The position numbers and the translations under genes are program-made. From the human T2T-CHM13v2.0 reference genome, Homo sapiens, in NCBI RefSeq assembly GCF_009914755.1, contig NC_060931.1: a stretch of 64,000 nucleotides of DNA, one strand, 5' to 3'. This document shows, in pieces, positions 1 to 15,100 of this stretch; within the stretch, counting starts at the first letter, position 1, and each line of letters begins with the position of its first letter. The notes under the pieces were generated by a model, which saw only the letters and a list, made by a program, of their open reading frames with translations, was not told the DNA's origin and made no database searches.

Positions 1-8
1 ATGCAGTC

Positions 9-738
9 TTTTAAATTTCAGGATGATGACGGGTACAGCAGAACTTTGCATGAAGCTATATGGGAGAGCAAATAAGGGAAATATTAATTTTGCTCGAGGA
101 GATAGCAGAAGTTTTTCCAAAGGAAGAGATTTTGAACAAAAGAAGGCATTGGATTTTGCATGGGCATACAGGAGGAGAAGGATGTTTTCAAAAAGAGGAA
201 ACAAACACCAAGAGCAAAGCTGTGTCACAAAGTGCAGCATCTCTAGGGACTGATCTGATAGAGCTAAGGGGCTGGGAGATACGGAGTGAGAAGACACGCG
301 CAGAGAAAGTCATTTGAAGCCCGATTCTGAGGGTCTTGAATGACATGCTGAAGAGTTTGGATTTTCATGTTGTTGCCCATAGAGAATATGTATGACTTCC
401 TGGTCACAGACAGAAGAACCAAAACATCTTCAAGCTGAGAGATCCTTTAGGAATCATTTAACAATGCTAAAGGAAGATGTATTTTTTTTCTTCTTTGAAC
501 TTATTATGTTAGATCATGTCTTGAAATTAAGTAAAGAAAATAAACAAGATTCCATTCACATTTATGCCTAATTTGATGTTAGCAATTTTACCAACACTTA
601 CTCTTCTCCTTCTATTCATCCTCCAGCCATGACATTTTAAATTTCAGGATGATAAAGGGTACAGCAGAACTTTGCGTGAAGCCATATGGGAGGGCAAATG
701 AGGGAAAAATTAATTTTGCTGGAGGAGGTTGCAAAAGT
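9..738 (+). repeat. Dispersed 104-bp direct duplication (copies 9-112 and 635-738)
   Basis: Ungapped manual alignment, 93/104 identical, offset 626 bp; both start TTTTAAATTTCAGGATGAT. Confidence 0.92.
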
Positions 739-2482
739 GACTGCAACTCTGTTGTGACTCTGTTACAGACATAGTTTCTTGATTATACATTTATCAGCAT
801 ATTACAACATGTTTCTTAAAAGTAATATGTAAATTATTTTAAGTTAAAGAATATGCCTTTTCTATTCACATATCTTTTGTAAAATGAATAACAATCCCCT
901 TAATTTAAATTTTGTGAATATATAATATTTCATATATTAAGATACATTGGTATCATTTGGGAGAAATGCAAAAAATGGAAAAGCGAGTTTCTAGGGATAA
1001 AAATTTAAGACAATTTTCAAAGTTAAAAGAAATGTTTAAGAATTCAGTATCTTCATGGTCTTGTATACTCAGCAGTCAATTGGTGTGCAAAAGTGTTTTT
1101 ATGAATAAATTCATACTCCTGTCTATGTACTTTAAGTCCCTGTAAGGGTTAACTGTAGTTTCAGGCCCAGTTTTGCCTAAACTCAAATACACTGTGAAGT
1201 ATTTGACAATATTAAAGTCTGTCTAACCAAATTCCTTAAACCACCTTAATGGTTAGTAACTAAAATTTTCAGGGATAATTATGATAACAATGAAAAAAAT
1301 GTTGAAACAACTAATGTAAAACAGATTAAACAAATTATTAAGAACAGAGTAGACCATTTAAATATTTTAAAAATAAATAAGTAAATTAAAGTTTACCAAA
1401 GCAGATGAAATATGATACAGTCTTGAAAATTGAAGTTATTAAGCCAAGTAACATGGAGAAATACATGGGATAAAGTGAAAGTAGAATATTTTGCTTGTAC
1501 ATGTAAAATTTATACATAAGAAATATGAGTGAAAGGAAGTATATTGAACTGCTGTGTCCTTACTTTAACAGAGAAAATGGTTTTACCGATTTTATTGTAT
1601 AATTAAGAAAGTTAGTTAATTTACATTTTTATAGCCATATTAGGCTCTCACTATATTCCAACCTCAGAGTCCCCTTGGATGGGTCCAAGTTCTTTGACGC
1701 TATCTCATTACCAGATTCTCCTCTGTAGATCTATGTTGAAGAGTCAGATACTAGGCAAGCTAAGCTCATTTTACAACCACAGGGCATTCCATGAGTTAAC
1801 GTTTAAAGTACTTTCTGTTACCCCTAAGAAATGCTGATAAATTAATACTAGAAATAGCAGTATCCAGATGATTAAGAGATAGCATAGAAACATAATTTAG
1901 CCAAAAGCAAAAAGAGGAGCTAAAGGAGTCCTGTCGGCATAAGAATTTGGGACTCCGGATTCTCCACCTGCTGCTAATCTCAATGGGCTTTTCAAAAGGT
2001 GAGGGCTTTTTGTGGGGGGAGGGCATTGAGTCTTTTTAATGAAACAATATGTACTTTCCTATGCCAAGACTAATTCTACAACATTGCTTTGTGGGTTGAG
2101 AGGATGGAGATGTTGCAAACAGCCATGACTATTTTCCAGTTTGATCCACTTGACTATAGCTCAACAGCTTGTAGCTAAAGTCTTTGAGGTAAATAATTTT
2201 TTTATCACTTCACCTCATCCCCTAAATATCTCCTGATCATGGCATTGTTGACCTACCTGCAAGAACATGCTACAGTCCTCAGAGGTCCACTGCCCGCTTG
2301 CCCAGACCTGAACTATTTGCAAAAGGTCAGAAGTTAAGATTCTTGACCTTATATATTTCTTATCTGCAGCTAAGGGGTAGAAAGACTGGGAAGGCAAAAT
2401 CATTATCTTTTGTTTGTACTCTTTGTAGTGCAGAGTGCAAATAAATTTTGAGAAGAAAATTTCTATTAAGAAAATGAATTTA

Positions 2483-2784
<302 letters not shown>

Positions 2785-3249
2785 ATTTATAGAATTTTTT
2801 GTTGTGTGTATATACAAACATATCTTGAGACCCTGAACCAGCTTATTAAATTGGCCGTTTTATGTAGTATTCAAATATGTATGTATTTACATATTTGTAT
2901 ACATATATATTTCTGTCAAAAAAAAGCAGTGTGTTTCATTTTAAATTTTCTTTCACTTGTAACTTTCCATGCAGTGCTTCATTATTCAGTAAGCTCTGCC
3001 TTTTGAATTGTTTATTTTCCCGTACTTTTCAATTTCCACCTTCACTTCATCTCTTTACTTGATATGTTACCAGGGAGGAACAAAAAAAGAAAACTGGGGG
3101 ACAGAGGGTTGGGGGTGAAAAGGAGGCAGAGGGAGGAAGACTGCTGAGGGAAAAAAAAAGATTTAAATGAGAACTAGAATGAATGCCTCACTTGTTGGCT
3201 TTTAGCACAATTACCATACCTTAGGAAATATGCAGGGAATAGTTAATTA

Positions 3250-3673
3250 CAAGTAAATGAGCCCCCTTTTAGAGGCAGTGGCAGGACCAGGCATCTGACT
3301 GTCAGAGCTGTGAAAGATATTGAATTGGAAGGCTGGTCTCAGTGTCAGGAATAGATGGTCTGCAAGGGTGAGCCCGACAGAGAAAAGATAGCCGGGTAAG
3401 AGTAGCCTCAGACAAGGGAGCCATGTATAGCATTTGCATACTTTTCCTGCAAAGAGGGTTTAATCCAAAGAGGGAGATTTCAGTATTGTCAGTCAGGCTT
3501 TGTTCAGGGTGAGGAGCAGAAGGAAATCAGCTGAAGGGGCCTTTCTCAAAGCCTTGGTCTCAGCCTTGAGGTTGTCCTAGCAAAGTTACGTTCTTGAGGG
3601 TTGTTTGCACACTATTGTCTGTTTGAAGATCTTCTAAACCCAAAGGGCTCAAAGCATCCCCCTTTGCCAGCAC
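3250..3673. mobile_element. Possible ancient LTR-like relic (family not identified)
   Basis: GC-richer block ending ...TTTGCCAGCACA; composition and terminus only. Confidence 0.25.
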
Positions 3674-5507
3674 AAAAGAAGGGAATTTGTGTGGTAAAAG
3701 TGACTTGTGTTGCAAACTGAACCCAAGCACCCTTTGTTCTTACACAAAATACTCTGAAGTTCCAAGGATGTCTTTTAGAGCCGGACTCAGTGAGTCATAC
3801 CATCAAAGTGCTCACAGGCTAGAAAACCAGGTAAAACCAACCTACACTTGTGTCTTTCTTTGCCAGCTCAGAAGAGACCTTTGTGTACTTCCTAAAGAAG
3901 ATGGCTGAAAAAAAATGAGGCAGATAAAAACTAATTTTTATTGGCATGGATCATTTTTGCCCCATTTCCTTATAGCATTTTCTGATACAAAGTGTTTATG
4001 TCTAAAATGGAGGCAAATTATTCTGGCAGTTCAAGTTGTCTTAGCACCCGACCAGCCTTGTCTTTTATCTGGCAATGTGAGTTTCTGACTTTGATCTGTG
4101 TCCAGTTTTCAAAACTATGCCTTCTTTTCTAAAATATGATGTTCTATGTGGTATACCATGGTCTACTCTCCACCGTAAGTTTTTCTAATAATCTACACAT
4201 TTACAAAGAGGAGTGTTTAATCATCCAGATATTTATGGGTCAGAAGTCAGGGCTTGTTTCAACTTCACTAGTTGATTTGAGCGTTACTGCCCATAATCTC
4301 TACAGTTTAGGAAAGTATGTACTAAAAACATAGACTCTGAATTTAAAAAACAGCAATGTACTTGTTTATAAGGGTAACATGGGTATCTGTGAGTGCCTTT
4401 TAAATTTATAATCTTCCACATGAAGCTTAATGCTTTAAAAATGTGATATCTTAACACATTTTATATATATAAACATACAGACTAAACATGCCTTGTAATG
4501 GATCCTGTAGGATATACAATAAAACTTGACATTGGAGTTTTGAAAAATATGTACGTATTTACATAGAGCAACTAATTCAGCTTGAGGTTTTCTGAATTAA
4601 GGATATTCCTTTATCACTGTTTTAGTTGTTTTTTATTCTTTTGCTGGATTTTTGTCTCATTTTGAAACTTTCTTAAAAAGACCCTATACAAATGCAAAAT
4701 AAAAGGTAATGAAAAATCTGTTTAAGGGTCTAAAAGACAAGAAAATGTCCATCTGGATTTCAAAATAAAGGCAAAACTTGCAGCATGTAAAAAGAAAGAT
4801 AAAGCACACTTTGAAATTCGCATGAGCCATCTTCTAAGAGAAAAGTTATGCCCTCTTCATTGATAATTAGGAAATCTTTTATCAGGATAATCATATTTTG
4901 GGATTCCCACTGATGTTATAATGCTAGTGGGTGTGGATCACAGGTGAAGTTGGAAGCTAAGACATTGACAATGCCCAAATTAGAGCTTTCTAAATTTATA
5001 ACTGTGGATAAAATTGTGCTTGCTGCTTTCCTAAATATGTTATTTTTTGTTATGGTTGAAATGCTTGTCTCTGATCTAAGTAAACTCTGCTTTGCTGGAA
5101 GTGGTGCATTTCTTTCTCCAGCTTTGCATTTTCCCCTGTGAGAAGCATGTCTGAATTGGGGGGACCTGAATATACCTCTTTGTTGCTGAGCTTGTCAAGC
5201 ACAGTGCTGTGTTCTCTTTCCCACCAGGAAGGTCAGGCCGCTGGGGGCCAATCTGTTTTCTGAAATGAACCCTACTGTCTGTCCCTGGTGTCTGACAGAT
5301 TGAAACAGTTATCTGCATTACTGTGCTTTCAATGCTATTTAAATGCCTTGCTTTCTGGGAAAAAAAAGTAATATGTAGGCTCCATTGAAAAAATAAAAAA
5401 TTTTTAAAGGACCGTGCTTGGGATGTTAATATTTATCTAAAAGGCAGATTTAATTAACTTTCTAAGAACATATTTACAGATTCAGGAAGTTAACTACATG
5501 CACTGTG

Positions 5508-5622
5508 CACACACACACGCACACACACACTCACACCAAGATAAGCCCTCACTTATGAGCTCTACTTCTAAAGACTTGTGGGGGGTGTGTGTGTGTGTGT
5601 GTGTATGTGTGTGTGTGTGTGT
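5508..5622. repeat. (CA)n 5508-5537 and (TG)n 5585-5622 microsatellites in inverted arrangement
   Basis: Directly visible. Confidence 0.95.
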
Positions 5623-6664
5623 TTAATTGGAGTAATAAAATTATGAAGTATGAAACTGTTTCAATTGTGGAGTTTTAGAGTAAGAGTCTTTTGTTCACTT
5701 AGATTTCAGTTTCATGTATTTTGATGAGAGGTATGTATAAAGCCTGAAGAAATTTGTACTGTGCTGAGCCTCACTTCAATACTCTCCAGATAATTGAGCT
5801 AATTAAATCTTTACCAACATTAACACAACTCTGGCATTCCTTGGACAGTGGATAATTATTGCATGAACATGGCAAGCTTAAACTAAACAGATGAAAATAG
5901 AGTTCTGTGGAATGGGTATTGAGTTTATTCTTTATTCATCTTTTGATAAGGTTTAATTAAAACTGCCTCTCTCCATTGTGGTGAGAATAATGTGCTTGTT
6001 TTCTTAGTGAAAAGCAAATTATTCACTTCAGCCATGGTTCAATAATCAAAGCCTTTGCAAAGTTTTGGGTTATAGTGTAGCTGTGGGGATATAATTGCTG
6101 CAATTCTGTATGAAGGCTTTATCTTTTTTATTACTTTCTCTTATTTATTTTTGTAGAAAGAAATTTATAAAAGCCCATTTTGTGATTTCGTGTGGAAGTA
6201 CATATGTTTGAAGCCTTGTTATAGGCTTGCTGTGGCTAGAGTTTTTAAAAGGTGTATTTCTTAGAGCCTCTTGCTAAAATAAAAAGGTGAAAAGGGACAC
6301 ACACCTAAATAGATGGCATTTGAGATGGATTTTTTAAGTTAGTGAAGAAAGTTTAATAAAACCTTTAAATCCTGTGGTTGCCACTGTATTGACATAGTGC
6401 ATTGACAGTCTCAAGGGTGAAAAAGCAATAGACCTAGGGAATTCTTTCTGCAAATATATATTTGCATTCTCTTTCACTTTCTTTAAATCTACCAGAAATA
6501 TTTTTATTATTGTTCTTTTAAGTGGGGTAGAATTTTTTTATGTTGGTGATAATTTTGTAGCATGAATAGATTTTATATATATTAATGACAGCTGATTGTT
6601 AAATGTATTGTCATGACTATCCTGTGATTTCTATTTCTTTCTTTCCCTCTTTTTTTCCTCATTT

Positions 6665-6890
6665 TTATAAAATGGGAGATTGTAAGGATATATAAGATAT
6701 TTTATGGAACCAAGGACAAAAATAAAACTGGGCCCTGGGCGTAAATTGGAAACAGGGACTCCAGCAGAGATAAGATCTCTTTCTTTGTCCATCTTTTTGT
6801 TGCCTCGATTCTGGCTTTCCCTGCTTCTCTAGTCCATGTGATGGAAGCCAGGTTGACTTGTCCTGTGATTTGCAATAACAAGCAGACATC
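6665..6890 (-). mobile_element. Old ERVL-class LTR fragment (LTR33-like)
   Basis: Resembles remembered LTR33-type sequence (GGAACCAAGGAC..., TTGCAATAACA end). Confidence 0.35.
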
Positions 6891-7134
6891 ATTCGAGGTC
6901 AGTGTTCCCAACTCCTTGCGAAGAGAATCTGTCCTTCTTAGACAAGTGAATCAGCCCTACATCCAAATTCGAGTGCCTCCACTTACCACTTCTTACTGCA
7001 TGTTTTCTTCATCAGTGCTCCCTCAAGAGGGAGGAAATGCAGACGGGAGCAAGTATTTCTTAATCTATAGAATTATTTTAAGTATTAAGTTACTGAATGC
7101 AGTGTTTTTTTAACTCCTTATTGGATAGTGATAT

Positions 7135-7535
7135 CAATCTAGTAGACTGGAGAAAGTACTTCGCAAGTGGAGTAGACTAAACGGGAAAGGAAAATGAGAT
7201 GATCACATGTAGTAAAAATAATAAGTATCATTTCATGAAATTTTTATTTCAACTGTATGTGTGCATGTGCATTTATATCTATACTGAGTCACTTAATAAA
7301 ATGCATTTTTTCTAGTGAGTTGTGGCCAAAACAAATTTCAAAGCAGTCACTGCTCCTCAGATCCCCTTGAAGGTATCTCTTGGGAGGCAGTGGAAAGGGA
7401 GAGGAACACTGGGCAGGGCTTCAACCCCATCACTCTCCACATCAAAGTAGCTCCACTTTAATCTGTTTTACACTTTATGTTTCCACCTAAGATATTTTTC
7501 AACAAAGGATGCAGTGGCCAAAAGTTTGAATGAAT
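7135..7535. mobile_element. hAT-Charlie DNA transposon fragments
   Basis: Charlie-like subterminal motifs (AGCTCCACTTTAATCTGTTTTA...AAAAGTTTGAA; TTTCAAAGCAGTCACTG). Confidence 0.4.
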
Positions 7536-7647
7536 GATTTCCCATGTTCCTTGGTATTTTTAGAGCTAAGTACAGTAGCCTCCAGGACCATAGCAAACAT
7601 TATTTTGGTTTTCTTTACTAGGGAGAGATCAGGAAACAATTCAGAAC

Positions 7648-7674
7648 TTTTCTTTTCTTTTCTTTTTTTCTTTC

Positions 7675-7717
<43 letters not shown>

Positions 7718-7814
7718 TTCTTTTCTTTCTTGCTCTTCCTTTCTTCCTTTTTTTCTCTTTATTTTCCCTCTTTCTCTGTCACCTTTCATTTTTTTCCGTT
7801 CATTTCTTTCTTTC
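7648..7814. repeat. (TTTC)n / CT-rich low-complexity tract
   Basis: Directly visible; explains ORFs 7499-7816 and 7530-7841. Confidence 0.95.
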
Positions 7815-8464
7815 AAGACGAAGTACAGTTTCCCTACTTAATCCCATTGAAAAAAACTCTGAGACTTAGCACACAACCAGGACAACACTGAATCAGATTG
7901 AACTTTAAACAGCCTTACAATTTTAAACAGAGAAAAGCAGTGAATACCTCTCCCTGCAATTTTTCCTGTTTTGTTCTTTAGGACGGGATGAAAGGCAAAA
8001 GTGAGCAATGGTGACACGAGTGAGAAGGATTTGGGCAGCCTCCTCACATGCTCAAATAAGGTCCTTTTAAAACCGAGGATCATGGAGAGAGACAATCTCT
8101 TTAATAGAAATAAATAGCAAGAGAACAAAGACTAAATAAGAAAACAAACTGACTTCCCTAAAAGTGCATTTTACATGACTTCCTTTGGAAAGTTGAAATA
8201 AATTTAAGAGGTGCTTTTTCTGGCCTTGACATTGTATGAGGGGATCTGTGTGGCACAGACTGTCCTGGAGCCAGAACCTTATGTCGAACTCTTTTGTTTA
8301 ATCCTGAGTTCTGTTGTGTCTGTTTGAGAAAAGATGTGAAGTGGTCATGGGCTTCCTTTACTTTGACCTTATGTTAGTGAGTCCTTTGTTAATCATTCAT
8401 TGCACTAGCATCAGTTTTGTTGGTGGTAGACTTGATTCAGTACAGGCAGCTCTAACTCGGGAAG

Positions 8465-8712
8465 CAATATAGAATAGGGATTAATATCTTTGGTTAATAC
8501 CAGCAACCTGGGCTTTCAGACTGTGCTATGCTACTTACCAGCTCTGTGGCCTGGGCTGAGACTTAACCTTTCTTAGCCTCAGTTTTTCCATCTATAAATC
8601 AGGAGTAGGAATGGTTCCTTTCTTGTCAGCTTGTTGTGAAGATCTAAATAGGAGGATAAAGTATTTAGCACAATACTTGCTTGCTCCGTAACAAGTACTC
8701 AGTGACTGTTAT
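8465..8712 (+). mobile_element. MIR
   Basis: MIR core ACTTAACCTTTCTTAGCCTCAGTTTTTCCATCTATAAA. Confidence 0.75.
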
Positions 8713-9566
8713 GAATTCCAAATTTCATGAAGTCTGTATAAATAAAAGACAGACGTATTCGAGATCTTTTATGATAGCCATTTTTTTGGTCTTTTTTTTC
8801 CATTTCTTTTACCTAAAATGAAAAAAAAAATCTAGACCATCTTACAGTGTAGTGTATTGCTTGGTAAAAGTTGTACATAACCATGACAGAAGGAAGAGCA
8901 AACCAGGGCTTGGTTTGGCATGAGGACATGAAGAAAAGGGATTTGTGGAAATTGGGAAAAGAGATGCAAGAGATTTTTGTACATCAGCAAAAAGCACAAA
9001 AGTTGCACTGAGTGTGTCACGTGCAGGGGATGGCAAGAATTTCCACTTGAGTGAAGCAAAGGAAGCAAGAAAGTGGAAGCAGTCTTTGAGGAAGTGTAAG
9101 TTTCATGACCCTCAGTAGGGGGCCATTCCAGAAAATCGTCAGTGTGACGTAGTCATGTAGTTAGAGTGGTGGGAGAAGGACAGAGAAGAATTAAAATTGT
9201 CTCCACTTTCTCAGATGAACTAATTGGCCAGATGGCACCTTCACTGGTGACTTCAAAGAACTCAGAAGGGGCAAGCATTAGGTGAGGATAATTAGGCCAA
9301 GTCTGGTGGTATAAAGTAGAGGTGTCCTTTCGTTTAGGTTGATATAGCAACAGAGAGAGAAAGAGAGATAGAAATTAAAAGCAGAACTGAAGATTTGGGA
9401 GCCTCTGGCATAATAGGACTTGATGGGATAAACAAAGATTCAAAAGCTGGGTCATTGTTACTGAGCTGTGAATAGAGGTCAGCACAGACAACAGAGCAAG
9501 TAAGGTCAGAAAAAAAAAAGAGAGAAATAAGTTACAGGTGCATCTCGGCTACCAGCTTCTCCATGA

Positions 9567-10029
<463 letters not shown>

Positions 10030-10769
10030 AACAGTGCTTTTAAATATTTAAGATAATAGTCAACTTTTAAAACTATGTAGATTTTACATGAAAATAATTT
10101 TTTTCTGCATCTCATTTTTTTGTTGTTGTTGTTAGAAAAAGGAAGATTAGACCACTTTGGGCATTCTCTAACAGCAGTGATCAGTAGGGCTGAGTAGTGG
10201 CTGCCTTCTTTAGCAAAGGCTGTGACCTGAAGTTTGCCACAGTCCCTGCCACTCCTTCTTGTCCCCCTGCCACTCAGACTGAGAAGCAATTGCTATTTAC
10301 CTTCACCTTCTGTGTTGTTTAACTTTCAGTGGAGGAAAAGAAAAGTGAAATATTTCTTGTAGCCATGTCTCTGTTGTCAGTGTCAAATGTAAAAATAGCC
10401 CAGAGGAGCCTTTTGTTGTAAGAAGAATTGACAAGAGCCTATTTCCTTGTATAAATAATCTAGGCCACTTCACTCAAGTTGCCTTCTTGGCCCTTATTGA
10501 GCTGCTGTCTGAGAACTCATAATAATTGTATGGCATTTAATCAGGTTTATTATTATATGTGTTTAGCTTCCATTTCCAAGGGAATCATAAAGCTTCATCA
10601 GGTAAAGTTGGTTTATTCCATAGCATATAACATAATGTTGTACACAAAGTGAAATATGTGCATATAGTTTCAGGGGAACCAGGAACAAAAGGAAAAGACT
10701 GTAACAAGTTTCTAAAGAAGAAAGATCTCCTTGAAAATAAGTGACCCAACTGATTGAGAATGAGATGAC

Positions 10770-11150
10770 AAATTAGCAAACATTTACTAAATGCCAACAG
10801 ATCTCAGATGGATTTTGTAAGAGATCCAAAGATGTACAAGACATGGTCCCTATTGTCAAGCAGTTTACAGTGCAGTAGATGACATAAGATACGGATGATT
10901 CACCCAAGGTAAAATGTGAAAATTACTGTTATACAAATATAAATAAAGTGCAATGAAAATAGAGCAGGGACAGACCTCATAAAGTTCAGGGAATGCTTCA
11001 TGGAAAAGATAGCATCTGAGCTAAAACTTGAAGACTAGGTGGGATATTTATAGTCAGGGATGGGCTTCCAGGAAGGGGCACCTAAAACCACAGAACAGCT
11101 GAAAAGTCCAGGATATGTTTGAAGCTGGACAAGAAATGTAATCGCCTCAA
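10770..11150 (-). mobile_element. L2 fragment
   Basis: CAAACATTTACTAAATGCC...ACATGGTCCCT...GAGCTAAAACTTGAAG typical of the L2 3' end. Confidence 0.6.
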
Positions 11151-11340
11151 AAACAGAGTAGGTGAGTGGGTACCTGTGTCCTGCTTAAAGGTAGGAAAGA
11201 GAATGTAGTAAAGACCGTTCACTATAGCGTCAGAACAAGTACAAGCTACTTTTTTTCTTAACCTTTTCTCTTTGCCTCTTATTTCTAGAGATGGCTGTCA
11301 TGCCATAAAGCACAATTGTAAGGTTAATAATAATAATAGT

Positions 11341-11625
11341 GGATGGGTACAGTGGTTCATGCCTGTAATCAATCCCAGCTCTTTGGGAGGCCGAGGAGGG
11401 AGGATCACTTGAGCCCAGGAGTTTGAGTCCAGCCTAGGCAACATAGCGAGACCCTGACTCTACAAAAAATAAAACATTAGCCAGGCGTGGTAGTGCTCAC
11501 CTGTAGTCCCAGCTACTTGGGAGGCTGAGGTGGGAGGATCACTTGATCCCAGGAATGCAGTGAGTCAAGATCATGCTACTGTGTTACAGAGTGAGACCCT
11601 GTCTCTAAAATAATAATAATAGTAA
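11341..11625 (+). mobile_element. AluJ with right-arm deletions
   Basis: GGATCACTTGAGCCCAGGAG, GGCAACATAGCGAGACCC; flanking TAATAATAATAGT TSD. Confidence 0.92.
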
Positions 11626-11629
11626 TAGT

Positions 11630-11830
11630 GAGAACATCTCACTTAATGAGTGCTTACTGCATGCTAGACATCATGTTGAGCACTTTACATGAGTAATTTC
11701 ATTTAATCCTCATAACAACCCACTAAGGTAGGTGTTCTTATCCCCGTTTTGCAGAGGAGACTGAGACCTGAGCTGTTCCTTCATGTCCTCAATGTCTTAC
11801 AGCTATGAAGTGGTAGAGCTAAATTTGTAA
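11630..11830 (-). mobile_element. MIR
   Basis: TCATTTAATCCTCATAACAACCC...CCCCGTTTTGCAGAGGAGACTGAG. Confidence 0.85.
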
Positions 11831-12399
11831 GCTAGAAAGAGGTCATGTTGTTGCACTTATCAACTGGTCTTTTTATTCTATCTTCTGACAAGCCTGCATT
11901 ATTTTAGATGTTTCAGTCATAATCTAAGCCTGTGCAGCTATTTAGTTGCTAATGTCTAGAGAAGCTTTGGCTACCTCTAAGGATAAAATTAGAGGTTCAA
12001 GAACTACAGTGCCCCCAAAACCCTTACCAGATCAAGTTAATTAATCTGTAACTTGAACACCCTAAAGGCCCCATTTAAATACAATTTCACTGTTACTGAG
12101 AAGCTCCAGAACCTTCATTAAAACTGAATGCAGTAAGAAATAAAAAGTATAAATCTGTCTTTAGAATCATGTTGGTTTTTCAAATAGATATCACAGTTAT
12201 TAATAAAATGATAATGTTCTCTATAAATTTAATGAAGGCACAGTTGGTCTGAAAACATTTGCAATTTCTACATAAGCATTTGTTTTTAAAAAATATATGC
12301 TTGAGATTCTATTATTATGGGCCATATTTGGATGGTATTGGCATTTCATAAATATTTCTTTCAGGATCAAAAATGCAGTAGGTGCAGTAGAATTCAACT

Positions 12400-12705
12400 G
12401 CAGCTTTAGACTCTGACCATTTTTAATAGATTCAGACAGCTTTCCCTTATTTATGTTGACACAAGGGAGAAGCGACGCAGATAACAGAAATCATTGAGTT
12501 TGAGGATGCAGTGTTTGGACCACGCTGTATCATCAGAGTAATTTTTGATAGTCTCATAGTAAAAGTAGTTTGGTGCCTTAAAATACCAACAATTTTGGCC
12601 AGGATTTCTAAAGTGCCTGGAGCAAGTGTCCAAAAAGGGGTAATCCACTGGTAGATATTGGCGGGCTTGGAAAAATTGTTAAAAACAATGTGAAGAATCA
12701 AAGGT
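12400..12705 (+). mobile_element. Possible highly decayed CR1/L3-class RT remnant
   Basis: Frameshifted translation KGEATQI...ARISK..QKGVIHW..WKIVKNNV echoes CR1 RT KGEAVDI..WIxxWL..QRVVING..WxxVxSGVPQG. Confidence 0.3.
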
Positions 12706-13813
12706 AAAACATGCAAGAGAGAGATGATTAAAAAGAAAAACATAAGCAACTTCTAGCATTTTGTTGCTACTATGAGACTTTTGGGTTATATCCTTAGAAT
12801 TAGATAGGTATTAGGGACATAAGGGCAGAGAAAAGAGAAATAAGGGAGACTGTTCCTTCCTAAGGATTTGAACACTCAGATGGATCGCACTACTTTCCTT
12901 TCATTTTCACCTTTTTATTCTTACTTAACTATTTGCTGAAGCTTATGTGAGTTAAGCCATGAGTGTTTCAGGTATCAACTACTCTTAAAAACAAAAAGAA
13001 TTGGTAGTCAGGATTCCTAAGAAAAACACTAACTGGATACGACAGAGGGAGGGATGACCTATTCTCTTCAGTGTTTTAAGATTTCCTATTGATATTGATA
13101 ACCAATGTATGTGAAGACCTGTTCCGATTGAGCAATCTCACTGCGATCCATATAGTGCCTTATTTCTTTAGACATACTTTTTTTTAGAGGGCTGAAATTT
13201 AAATTAATAAATCAGCCAGGGCTGCATGCCAACATGACTTGAAAGTTAACTGGAATTTATTGATCTGCAGCCTACAAGCTGTTCTATGCCACACTGCACA
13301 TAAGAAAGCCAGTCTTTAAAAGTCGCAAAAAAATTTTAATTACCTCAAAAAAGACATTTTACATTTCTAGACAGTAACCGTTGTTTGAGTGGGCCCTTCT
13401 CCCCTCCACCCCTTCTCCCCCAAATTGGGTCATTAGTGACTAGTGTTGACAACAATGATAGCTAATGCAACGTTCACAATCCATGCTCAATTTTCTGTGT
13501 TAATGGAGGAAATGGAAGAAATGGCTTGCCAGGCTGGTCACTCTTCAGCTCCTGTCCCTAAGGAAATTCAGTGAGCAGGCATAACTGTCTTGATGATAAT
13601 TTCAAAAGATGAATAGGCAACTAGAAGCTGCTCATCTTCCTTATTAACTTGTTATGTATCTAGCCTCTCTGAATTTCCCAAACTCCTTAAGTCTATTTAA
13701 ATTTGTCACTAGATGCTTTCCCTTGAAGAGCTACCTGTTGGGTAAATCTAAGTCTTTCCTATCCTGTGTCCTAAACAAGCCCTTTAAACTTCAAAGGGAT
13801 TAACCTGGCTTGC

Positions 13814-14700
<887 letters not shown>

Positions 14701-15020
14701 TTTCCATGCTGAACAACCCGCATTTTCTACCTTCTTCCATCTGCCTCCTTTTTTCTTTGATTATACACATACCTATCAATGAAATTATTTCCCTCCACTT
14801 TTAAACACAATATTTAGAATATTCTATTTCTACAATTTTATGGGACTTTTCTAATCATGTATCTTGCAGGATGTCGTAATCAAACTCACACAAATTGGGT
14901 GGGTGTAGACAAGTCAGTTTGGTAAAAGAATAAGGAGCATCATTTGCTTCATCAGCATCGTCTGATGATCACCTGTGTCATCACTTTCAGGGTTCCAACA
15001 GCCCCACCTCCACTAGCACC

Positions 15021-15098
<78 letters not shown>
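15021..15098. repeat. Compound (CT)n(CA)n microsatellite
   Basis: Directly visible. Confidence 0.97.

Positions 15099-15100
<2 letters not shown>

Noticed and set aside
1900-2006. Plus-strand donor AAG|GTGAGG as an exon end
   Set aside because: No convincing acceptor upstream, and the segment looks like a decayed MIR
5220-5250. CTCF-like CCACCAGGAAGG / CCGCTGGGGGCC
   Set aside because: Spacing does not fit the CCASYAGRKGGC core
7499-7841. Lys/Glu/Arg-rich and Phe/Ser/Leu-rich ORFs
   Set aside because: Translation of the (TTTC)n tract
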